Shown: in pieces, positions 7,270 through 15,077 of the stretch
How positions within the stretch are numbered: position 1 is the first letter of the stretch
Layout of the letters: each line of letters begins with the position of its first letter
Virus record (IMG/VR): IMGVR_UViG_3300037463_000059
Coordinates: 1-42,547 of that record
Source of the DNA: a virus
Lineage: Duplodnaviria > Caudoviricetes
Direction: 5' to 3' (one strand)
Length of the DNA stretch: 42,547 bases
Translations under genes and position numbers: made by a program
The notes under the pieces: generated by a model
Told to the model about the DNA's origin: nothing
Database searches by the model: none
Seen by the model: the letters and a program-made list of their open reading frames with translations, nothing else

Positions 7270-7877
7270 TGGCCGCGCGGCCCTTCCGTCCCGACTCCGA
7301 AGCTTCTTCGGAGACGATGCCCCCCGGCTTCGGCTTCGCGAGCCTGCCGCAAAAGCCGCTGCCGCCGCTCGAGCCGGGACCCTGGGCGCTGACCTGCGAG
7401 GCGGTTGAGGCGTGGATGGCGAAGGCCAGGACCGGCGACAGCCTGGTCTATGCCCGCGGGCGGGGGCTGCTCCAGAGCGGCGGGGTCCGCCGGCTCCAGG
7501 AGCTTCACGACCGCGGCTCCGTCACCTTCACGACCCGGCGGATGGGAGCGGACGACTTCGCCTTCATCGCCGAGCGGCTGGCCGGCGACACCCGGCCGTC
7601 CGAGCGGGCGATGCTGACGGTCCGGGGCCGCTCGGCGGAGACGGACGACGAGCTGGCCATGCTGATGGCGGTGCTCCGCCGGCGCGTGGCGAAGGGCCGG
7701 ACCTGCGGGACCAACCGCGAGCTCGGCGCCGACATGGGCGACGTCGGGCCCGACCGGGTCGCCTATCTGCTCGGCCTGCTGATCCGCGAGCGCAAGATCG
7801 AGGTCGAATCCCTGGCCAAAGGCGTGCGGGTGGTCACCCTCCTCGCCACCGGGAAGCAGACGGCGAGGTCCGAATGA
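7269..7877 (+). CDS. Hypothetical protein with C-terminal winged-helix-like domain
   Basis: TGATG overlap; CGTNRELGADMG...RVAYLLGLLIRERKIEVE. Confidence 0.75.
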   Translation: MAARPFRPDSEASSETMPPGFGFASLPQKPLPPLEPGPWALTCEAVEAWMAKARTGDSLVYARGRGLLQSGGVRRLQELHDRGSVTFTTRRMGADDFAFIAERLAGDTRPSERAMLTVRGRSAETDDELAMLMAVLRRRVAKGRTCGTNRELGADMGDVGPDRVAYLLGLLIRERKIEVESLAKGVRVVTLLATGKQTARSE

Positions 7878-8032
7878 CCGGCGCCCAATCCCATTCCCAA
7901 AGCGCGGGCTGCCCCCCTCCCACCTTCCCCGGGACCGGCAGCCCGCGCCTCGGCGCCGGGGCCGCGAACCGCCCCCTCCGCACCCCGGCGCCAACCCCCA
8001 TGCGGATCGCGACGAAGGGATCGGGGCGGTGA
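7874..8032 (+). CDS. Small Pro-rich hypothetical protein (52 aa)
   Basis: ATGA and GTGA overlaps at both ends. Confidence 0.4.
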   Translation: MTGAQSHSQSAGCPPPTFPGTGSPRLGAGAANRPLRTPAPTPMRIATKGSGR

Positions 8033-8502
8033 GCGCCGCGAACGCGCTCGACGTCCGGGCCGTGGCAGTGGCCGCAGAGGAAGAAAGCGAGGCGCCCCGG
8101 GACAGGCAGGAGTCGCCGACGGTGGGCGAGGCGGAGGCGTCCCGGCTCTCGCCCCCCGAGGCGGGCGGAACCGGGCTCGCGGTCGAGGCGAGCGTCCGGG
8201 CGGAGGCGCTGGAGTCCGGCGAACGGCGGCGCGTGGCCCGCTCCACCGGCCACAGCGTTACGCTCGACCTGAGGCCGACGGTGGGCGAGCGGATCGCGAG
8301 CCTGCTGGTCGAGACTCCCGCGGACGTCATCCGTCTCTGCGCCCGGCAGTGGCCGGCTTTGTGGCAGCGTGTGCTTGCGCAGGCCCGCGAGGAGCAGGTC
8401 CGGCCCGGACCGATGCTGATGACTGTGATCGAGCGGGGGCTCGATGCCATGGCCGACCAGGCCCTTCACCCGGCTCCATCTCCGATGGAGCCGAACCCGT
8501 GA
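8029..8502 (+). CDS. Hypothetical phage protein
   Basis: 157-aa ORF coupled by GTGA overlaps at both ends. Confidence 0.65.
   Translation: MSAANALDVRAVAVAAEEESEAPRDRQESPTVGEAEASRLSPPEAGGTGLAVEASVRAEALESGERRRVARSTGHSVTLDLRPTVGERIASLLVETPADVIRLCARQWPALWQRVLAQAREEQVRPGPMLMTVIERGLDAMADQALHPAPSPMEPNP
8469..8502 (+). repeat. 34-bp gene-junction element, copy 1 (copy 2 at 14019-14052)
   Basis: CCCGGCTCCATC-N3-GATGGAG-nCGAACnn-GTGA; 29 of 34 identical between copies. Confidence 0.8.
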
Positions 8503-9077
8503 TCCAGCCTTACCCCCTCGTCTGGCCGGACGGCCTGCCCCGCACCGAGCGGCGGGTCTCGTCGCAATTCCGGTCCACTCTTGCCAGTGCGCTTAGCAAT
8601 GTCCGCAAGTCGCTGGAGATGTTTGGCAGCGACAGCGGCAAGCCGGTCACCGAGATCGTCCTTTCGTCGAACGTGGGCGGCCTGACCTGGGAACCGCCGA
8701 AGGATCCGGGGGTCGCCGCCTGGTTCGTCTGGGACGGCGGCCAGCGCTGCATCGCCGTCGACCGCTATCCCAAGCCCGAGGACAATCTCCAGGCGATCCA
8801 CCACATCCTCGAGGCGCGGCGCACCGAGATGCGCCACGGCGGGCTGCACATCGTCCGCCAGACCTTCAAGGGCTTCGTCGCGCTGCCGGCGCCGCCGGGG
8901 CGGAGGCCGTGGCGCGAGGTGCTGGGCCTGCCCCCCGGACCGGTCACCCGCCCGCAGATCGACGCGGCCTATCGCGAGCGGGCCCAGACGGCGCATCCCG
9001 ACCGCGGCGGCACCGCCGAAGCCATGGCCGCCCTGACCGCCGCGCGCGACGAAGGCCGGAGGGCGATCGATGGCTGA
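8499..9077 (+). CDS. J-domain (DnaJ-like) phage protein
   Basis: C-terminal WREVLGL...IDAAYRERAQTAHPDRGG with HPD motif; N-terminal YPLVWP and DPGVAAWF. Confidence 0.9.
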   Translation: MIQPYPLVWPDGLPRTERRVSSQFRSTLASALSNVRKSLEMFGSDSGKPVTEIVLSSNVGGLTWEPPKDPGVAAWFVWDGGQRCIAVDRYPKPEDNLQAIHHILEARRTEMRHGGLHIVRQTFKGFVALPAPPGRRPWREVLGLPPGPVTRPQIDAAYRERAQTAHPDRGGTAEAMAALTAARDEGRRAIDG

Positions 9078-9255
9078 CGCCTTCTCCGATCTCCCCGAGG
9101 TCGAGGCCGGGTGCCGGATGCCGAGCGCGCACGCGATCGCGCTCAGCGACAGGGCTGCTCATGAGGCGGCACGGTGGGGCAGCCAGGCCCTGCTCAAGGC
9201 CCTGTTCCGCTATTTCGCCAAGCATCATCCGCCGGCGGCGGGGGAGGGGCTGTGA
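9070..9255 (+). CDS. Small hypothetical protein (61 aa)
   Basis: Overlaps both neighbours; GSQALLKALFRYF helix. Confidence 0.6.
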   Translation: MADAFSDLPEVEAGCRMPSAHAIALSDRAAHEAARWGSQALLKALFRYFAKHHPPAAGEGL

Positions 9256-11993
9256 GGCACGCCGCCCCCTCGGCCGACTCGTCGGCGGCGCCGCCGCTCG
9301 ACTATCTCGACTTCATCCGGGCCAAGGCGGTTCGGGCGCCCGAGCTCGGGCTTCCGGTCGCGTCGGGGGCCGTCAACCCATTGCTCCATCGCCACCAGCC
9401 GGTGCTGGTCAAATGGATGGTGGAGGGCGGACGGCGGGCGCTGTTCGCCAATTTCGGCCTCGGCAAGACGATGATCCAGCTCGAGGTCCTCCGCCTCATT
9501 ACCGATGAGGCGGGCGGGATCGGGCTGATCGTCATCCCGCTCACCGTGGTCACCGAGTTCAAGCGTGATGCCGCGAAGCTCGGCATCGACGTCCTGTTCG
9601 TCCGGACGACGGCCGAGATCGAGGCGGCTCTCGCCGGCGGCTTTTCCGGTCTGTTCCTGACCAACTACGAGAGCGTGCGCGAAGGCAAGATCGACACGTC
9701 GATCCTGACCGCCGTGTCGCTCGACGAGGCCTCCTGCCTGCGGGGGATGGGCGGGACGAAGACCTTCCGCGAGTTCATGACCCTGTTCCCGCGGGTCCGG
9801 TACCGCTTCGTCGCGACGGCGACGCCCTCGCCCAACGAATATGTCGAGCTGCTCGCCTACGCCGCCTTCCTGGGCGTGATGGACATCGCCCAGGCCAAGA
9901 CCCGCTTCTTCCGGAGGAACAGCGAGAAGGCCGACGAGCTGACGCTGCACCCCCACAAGGAGGACGAGTTCTGGCTGTGGGTGAACAGCTGGGCGGCGTT
10001 CGTCCAGAGGCCGTCCGACCTCGGCTTCTCCGACGAGGGCTACGAGCTGCCGCCGCTCGACGCGCGCTGGCACGAGGTGGCCAGCGATCACTCGGCGGCC
10101 GGGCTTGAGGGACGCCAGCACCTGCTGCTCAAGAAGGACGCGATCGGGATCGTCGAGGCAAGCCGGGAGAAGCGCGACAGCATCGGGGCTCGGGTCGCCA
10201 AGATGATGGAGCTCCGGGCCGAGGATCCCGGCGCTCACCGCCTGCTGTGGCACGACCTCGAGGACGAGCGGCGGGCGATCGAGGCGGCCGTTCCCAACGC
10301 GGTTTCGATCTACGGATCGCAGGATCTCGATACGCGCGAGCGGGCGATCATCGCCTTCTCCGACGGCGAGGTCGGAGAGCTTGCGGCCAAGCCGGTGCTG
10401 GCCGGATCGGGCTGCAACTTCCAGCGCCATTGCGCCTGGGCGATCTTCCTCGGCGTCGGCTTCAAGTTCAACGACTTCATCCAGGCCGTCCACCGGATCC
10501 AGCGATTCCTGCAGACCCGGCCGGTCAGGATCGACCTCATCCATACCGAGGCCGAGCGGGCGGTGCGCGCGGAGCTCGAGCGCAAGTGGCGCGACCACGA
10601 CCGGATGTGTGCCCGGATGAGCGAGCTGATCCGCAGATACGGGCTCGGCCTGAAGAGCGCCGTCGCTGCGTTCGAGCGGACGATCGAGACGGGCGTCGCC
10701 GAGGAAGTCGAATATTCAGCCGAGGCGTTGCCCTTCGTTGGAGAGCCGGACGTCTTTACGCCGTCGTGGCAGGTCTGGCGCGACGACGCGGTTCTGAGGA
10801 CGGCGAAGCTGCCCTCGGACAGCGCCGGCCTGGTGGTGACGTCGATCCCCTTCTCGACCCAGTACGAATACACCCCCTGCTACAACGATCTCGGCCATTC
10901 GAGCGGGCTCGACGAATTCTTCGACCAGATGGGCTATCTGACCCCGGAGCTGCTCCGAATTCTCCAGCCGGGCCGGAGGCTGGCCGTCCACGTCAAGGAC
11001 CGGGTGGTGGAGAGCGGCCGGACCGGGCTCGGATTCCGCACCGTCGAGCCGTTCCACGCGCGCTGCATCGACCATTACCGGTCGCACGGCTTCGCCTATC
11101 TCGGGATGATCACGATCGTCACCGACGTCGTGCGCGAGAATGCCGGCACCTACCGGCTGGGCTGGTCCGAGCAGTGCAAGGATTCGAGCGGGATGGGCGT
11201 CGGCCTGCCCGAATATCTGCTTCTGTTCCGCAAGGCCCCGAGCGACCGGTCGAACGGCTATGCCGACGTCCCGGTGGCGAAGGCCAAGCCGAAGGTCCGG
11301 CTGCAGGAGTCCGGGGAGGAGGTCCCCTGGGACGACGCCCTGATCCGGAGCCGGGCGGCGAGGCCGGCGGAAGGGTCGGGCTACAGCCGGGCGCGCTGGC
11401 AGACCGACGCCGCCGGCTACTGGCGCAGCTCGGGCGACCGGACCCTGACGGCCGAGGACCTGGTCGGGCTGCCGTGGAAGAAGCTCTATCGCCTGTTCCG
11501 GGGCTGGTCCTACGGAAACGTCTACGACCATGAGGGGCATGTCGCGCTGATGGAGGCGGTCGAAAGCCGCTGGTCGCTTCCGCCCGACTTCGCTTTGATG
11601 CCGGTGCAGTCCTGGCATCCCGAGGTGTGGACCGACGTCGCCCGCATGCGCGGCGCCAATACCGAGCAGTCGCACCGGGCCCGCGAGCAGCATCTGTGTC
11701 CCTTGCCCTACGACATCGTCGACCGGGCGATCCTCAACTGGAGCAATCCCGGCGATCTCGTCTTCGACCCGTTCGGCGGGCTGATGACCGTGCCTCTGCG
11801 CGCCGTCCGGCACGGCCGGAGGGGCGCCGCGGTCGAGCTCAACCCCGGCTATTTCGCCGACGGCGTGCGGCTGCTCCGCGAGCAGGATGCGGGGCGGGCG
11901 ACGGCCGGTCTGTTCGACCTGATCGACGCGGAGAAGGACTCGGCCGAGGACGTCGGCGACCTTCCCGGCGAAGCGCTGGAGGCGGCGGAATGA
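9252..11993 (+). CDS. SNF2-like helicase fused to N4/N6 (beta-class) DNA methyltransferase
   Basis: FGLGKT, DEAS, ATATP, QAVHRIQRF helicase motifs; TSIPF followed by VFDPFGG methyltransferase motifs. Confidence 0.92.
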   Translation: MRHAAPSADSSAAPPLDYLDFIRAKAVRAPELGLPVASGAVNPLLHRHQPVLVKWMVEGGRRALFANFGLGKTMIQLEVLRLITDEAGGIGLIVIPLTVVTEFKRDAAKLGIDVLFVRTTAEIEAALAGGFSGLFLTNYESVREGKIDTSILTAVSLDEASCLRGMGGTKTFREFMTLFPRVRYRFVATATPSPNEYVELLAYAAFLGVMDIAQAKTRFFRRNSEKADELTLHPHKEDEFWLWVNSWAAFVQRPSDLGFSDEGYELPPLDARWHEVASDHSAAGLEGRQHLLLKKDAIGIVEASREKRDSIGARVAKMMELRAEDPGAHRLLWHDLEDERRAIEAAVPNAVSIYGSQDLDTRERAIIAFSDGEVGELAAKPVLAGSGCNFQRHCAWAIFLGVGFKFNDFIQAVHRIQRFLQTRPVRIDLIHTEAERAVRAELERKWRDHDRMCARMSELIRRYGLGLKSAVAAFERTIETGVAEEVEYSAEALPFVGEPDVFTPSWQVWRDDAVLRTAKLPSDSAGLVVTSIPFSTQYEYTPCYNDLGHSSGLDEFFDQMGYLTPELLRILQPGRRLAVHVKDRVVESGRTGLGFRTVEPFHARCIDHYRSHGFAYLGMITIVTDVVRENAGTYRLGWSEQCKDSSGMGVGLPEYLLLFRKAPSDRSNGYADVPVAKAKPKVRLQESGEEVPWDDALIRSRAARPAEGSGYSRARWQTDAAGYWRSSGDRTLTAEDLVGLPWKKLYRLFRGWSYGNVYDHEGHVALMEAVESRWSLPPDFALMPVQSWHPEVWTDVARMRGANTEQSHRAREQHLCPLPYDIVDRAILNWSNPGDLVFDPFGGLMTVPLRAVRHGRRGAAVELNPGYFADGVRLLREQDAGRATAGLFDLIDAEKDSAEDVGDLPGEALEAAE

Positions 11994-12250
11994 CCGGTGC
12001 GCTCGAACGCTCGTCGTCAGCTCGGGCAAGCTGCGCGATTTCGTCCGTCGGGAGAGGGATCGGCGCCGTGACCTCTGACCCCGAATGGCTGGACCGCCGG
12101 CATCGCTCGCTGAAGAGCCGCTTCCGCGCGGCGATCCGCGACGCGGCCGCCGCCACCAACCCCGTCGATCGCGCCGACGCTCTCGACCGGGCCGAAGATG
12201 CCGGCGCTTTGTGCCGCGAGATCGAAGACCGGATGGGGATGAAGCGATGA
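11990..12250 (+). CDS. Hypothetical protein (alternative start GTG 12068)
   Basis: ATGA overlaps at both ends; helical C-terminus. Confidence 0.55.
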   Translation: MTGALERSSSARASCAISSVGRGIGAVTSDPEWLDRRHRSLKSRFRAAIRDAAAATNPVDRADALDRAEDAGALCREIEDRMGMKR

Positions 12251-13119
12251 CCGATAAGCCCGAACTGCTGGCGTGTCCGCTGTGCAACTCACCCGGCGAA
12301 ATGTGGGAACCGGGCAAGGGACGGTTCTCAGCGCGCTGCTCAAATCGCCTTTGTGGCTGCGCGCCTCGTCTTGCCTTCAGCCGAGAAGAGGCGGTCGAAC
12401 TCTGGAACACCCGCCCCACCCCGGCTCTACCGGACGAGCGGGTGAAGCTGGTCGAGCGGCTACTAGCGGCCGCAAAGTACGGCGAGTCGATCACGCGGCA
12501 CGGCCAGCTGTTTTACGGCAGCGCTGTGCATGTGAAGCTGTTCGAGGAAGCCGCCACCGCCCTCACCACCCCCATCGCTCCTCTAGCGGACGAGGGGATA
12601 TTGCCGCCGCTCCAGCCCGGCGACTGTGAACATTGCGGGCATGATCATCCTGCCTATTCGCCTTGCGTTGATCCCCCGGCTTGGGAGCCATGCTACGAAA
12701 TGGACGGCTCAGTTGAGCCGCCGACTCGCGCTAAGCCGACCACCCCCTCCCCAGCCCCCGTTGCGGACGAGGAGGCGGTAGAGCGGGGAGTACGGGCTGC
12801 TTACCAAGACTGGCCGATGCGGGCGATCAGCAAGGCGCTTGCCGAGGGTGCGGGCGTCGCCCTTGGCGAACCGATCCCCTATGAGCGCGCGCTGGAGATG
12901 GGAGCCGACCTTTCCGGCCTTCGCCGCACTGTTCGCGCCGCCCTCGCCTCCACAGGCGCCCCACCCCTCCCGCTTCACGACCCCCTGATCCGATCCCTGA
13001 AATATGCGGTCTCCGAGCTGCGCAACACCACCGTCAAGCAACCTCGCCAAGTCGCCGACGATCTGGAGAAGCATGTCTGCGATCTCACCGGACTTAATGT
13101 TGAGGAGATATGGACGTGA
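12247..13119 (+). CDS. Lar-like restriction-alleviation domain fused to additional modules
   Basis: ELLACPLC...C-x4-CGC...REEAVELWNTR N-terminus. Confidence 0.75.
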   Translation: MTDKPELLACPLCNSPGEMWEPGKGRFSARCSNRLCGCAPRLAFSREEAVELWNTRPTPALPDERVKLVERLLAAAKYGESITRHGQLFYGSAVHVKLFEEAATALTTPIAPLADEGILPPLQPGDCEHCGHDHPAYSPCVDPPAWEPCYEMDGSVEPPTRAKPTTPSPAPVADEEAVERGVRAAYQDWPMRAISKALAEGAGVALGEPIPYERALEMGADLSGLRRTVRAALASTGAPPLPLHDPLIRSLKYAVSELRNTTVKQPRQVADDLEKHVCDLTGLNVEEIWT

Positions 13120-13340
13120 GCGCTCCAGTCTCCGGCTATGTTCTCGTACCGATAGAGGTGCTGGAGGAACTGGCGGACCAGCTTGAGCACGAGTGCGCCT
13201 GTCCGCCTTGCGAAGGATCGATGGCTCCGGCCGAACATGCTCTTGGTGTAACTCGTCGCATCCTCGCCGCCGTTCCCAAGCCTTCCGGCTCCACCCCCGG
13301 CCCCCGCGCTGAATCGGCCCGAAGCGGAGACGAGCCTTGA
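13110..13340 (+). CDS. Hypothetical protein (76 aa)
   Basis: GGAG RBS; GYVLVPIE motif common in phage early genes. Confidence 0.55.
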   Translation: MDVSAPVSGYVLVPIEVLEELADQLEHECACPPCEGSMAPAEHALGVTRRILAAVPKPSGSTPGPRAESARSGDEP

Positions 13341-13612
13341 CCCGCCGCCGCCGGCCGAGGTCGCCGAACCTGTGCCGGGCGGGGTGCGGGCGAGAGATCC
13401 CGCTCTGGATGCGGCTGTGCAAGCCCTGCTTCCGGCGGCTGCCCTTCCCGCAGCGCCAGGCGATCGCCCGCGCCGGCGAGGACAAGGCGCCGCACCTGGT
13501 CGCCGCCCTCGCCGCCGAGGCGGCGGAGTGGCTGAAGCGCAATCCGGAGCACCAAGGCCCTTGCGGGGCACGGGCCGACGGCGGCGCCCCCGAAGAGGAG
13601 GCGGCCGAGTGA
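13337..13612 (+). CDS. Cys-rich putative zinc-finger protein
   Basis: CRAGC...LCKPCFRRLP. Confidence 0.65.
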   Translation: MTRRRRPRSPNLCRAGCGREIPLWMRLCKPCFRRLPFPQRQAIARAGEDKAPHLVAALAAEAAEWLKRNPEHQGPCGARADGGAPEEEAAE

Positions 13613-14052
13613 CCGACTTCGAGCGCCTGCGCACGAGCCGTCCCGTGGACGCCCTCGCCGGTCGCCAGCTCGCCCGCGGCATCGAGTGGGTGCCAGCCCA
13701 TCGCGGCAATCCGGACAAGTGGCACTGGGACGCGCCGCCCAACCACCTGCTCATGCCGGTCCCGCGGAACGGGCATCGGGGGGCCTTCGCCGACCTGACC
13801 GGCCGGAAGGTCGGCCGGCTGACCGTCGCCGGATTCCTCGGCAAGCCCAACCGCAAGGTGAAGGCGCGCTGGCTCGTCCGCTGCCTCTGCGGCGATTACG
13901 AGGCCCGGAGTGCCCGGGCGATCACGAATCCGGCCAATGGCGACGATTGCTGCGAGAAATGCGCCTATTTCGCGCGGGTCAAGCGCGGCCGCGGCAAGGG
14001 GGCCCTGCCGGGTGATCGCCCGGCTCCATCCGCGATGGAGACGAACTTGTGA
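13609..14052 (+). CDS. Protein with DLTG..GRLTV...WxxRCxCG module seen in phage HNH/AP2-associated proteins
   Basis: ADLTGRKVGRLTVAG...WLVRCLCG...CCEKC; GGAGG RBS and GTGA overlap. Confidence 0.75.
   Translation: MTDFERLRTSRPVDALAGRQLARGIEWVPAHRGNPDKWHWDAPPNHLLMPVPRNGHRGAFADLTGRKVGRLTVAGFLGKPNRKVKARWLVRCLCGDYEARSARAITNPANGDDCCEKCAYFARVKRGRGKGALPGDRPAPSAMETNL
14019..14052 (+). repeat. 34-bp gene-junction element, copy 2
   Basis: CCCGGCTCCATCcgcGATGGAGaCGAACttGTGA. Confidence 0.8.
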
Positions 14053-14309
14053 CGGCCGACCAGTCCCTGCGCGAGACGATCGCCCGGGGCGTCTACGACG
14101 CCCGGCCGTTCCGGATCGCCCGGAGCGGCGGGGTAATGGAGATGATGGTCGCCGAGCAGGCTCTGGCCTGGGAGGCGGCGCCCGGCTGGTACCGCGCCGA
14201 ATGCCTGGAGATCGCCGACGCCGTCCAGGCGCGGATGCTGCTCGCCCAGAATTGCGAAGCGGAGGCCCGGCTCGACCAGGCCGCCGACGCGGCGCGGAGG
14301 GCGGCGTGA
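14049..14309 (+). CDS. Hypothetical protein (86 aa)
   Basis: LRETIARGVY...WE...YRAECLEIADAV; coupled overlaps. Confidence 0.7.
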   Translation: MTADQSLRETIARGVYDARPFRIARSGGVMEMMVAEQALAWEAAPGWYRAECLEIADAVQARMLLAQNCEAEARLDQAADAARRAA

Positions 14310-14758
14310 AGGCGCAGCGGACGAACCCCGTCCGGATCCGGCTTTCGCGGGCCAAGGGCTGGCGACTGCCCGAGGGCGCCGTGGTCGTCGCCCGGCCGGG
14401 CAAATGGGGCAATCCGTTCGTCGTCGGCCGCGACGGCACCCGAATCCAGTGCGTCGCCATGTTCGCCATACTGGCTAGCGGCTTCATCGCGATCGTCGAG
14501 CAGCCGGACGTCGACGCGCAGCTCGATCTGTGGCGACGGCTTCGGGGCAGGTCGATCAAGGCCCTGGCGGGCCGCGATCTCGCTTGCTGGTGCCCGCTGG
14601 ACGGGCCCTGCCACGCCGACGTGCTGCTCTGGCTCGCCAACGGGGATCGAGCGCATCCGCTCGCCGACGTAGAGATCGAGTTGCCGCGCATCCGGATCGG
14701 GATGGCGGCGCGAAGCCTGTTGAAGGCGCGCGCGAGGAAGGCGGCCGTCAATGGCTGA
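14306..14758 (+). CDS. DUF4326 family protein
   Basis: RPGKWGNPF...LAGRDLACWCPLDGPCHADVLL. Confidence 0.9.
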   Translation: MKAQRTNPVRIRLSRAKGWRLPEGAVVVARPGKWGNPFVVGRDGTRIQCVAMFAILASGFIAIVEQPDVDAQLDLWRRLRGRSIKALAGRDLACWCPLDGPCHADVLLWLANGDRAHPLADVEIELPRIRIGMAARSLLKARARKAAVNG

Positions 14759-15074
14759 ACGGACCCTCCCACCTCGCCTCCGAGTCGTCGCCGGGCCCGG
14801 CTATTGGAGCGCTCGCGCCGTGATGAAGCGGGCGGCCTGGGCCGCCGCCGCCCATGGCGGCGCGGCCGACGAGGAGGCGATCGTCGCGGAGCTGGTGCGG
14901 AGGACTCCGCGCCGGGGCATGCGCAAGCGCCTGGCCCACGAGCTCGGGCTCAGCACGGCGCAGCTCAGCGGAGTGATCAGCCGCCGGATTCCGGTCTCGC
15001 GAAGGCTGGCCGAGCGCCTCGGCTACCAGCTGGTCGCAGTCAAGGCCGAGCGCCGCTTCGAGCGGGTCGGCTGA
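14751..15074 (+). CDS. HTH DNA-binding protein
   Basis: RKRLAHELGLSTAQLSGVISRRIPVSRRLAERLG. Confidence 0.75.
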   Translation: MAERTLPPRLRVVAGPGYWSARAVMKRAAWAAAAHGGAADEEAIVAELVRRTPRRGMRKRLAHELGLSTAQLSGVISRRIPVSRRLAERLGYQLVAVKAERRFERVG

Positions 15075-15077
15075 GCC

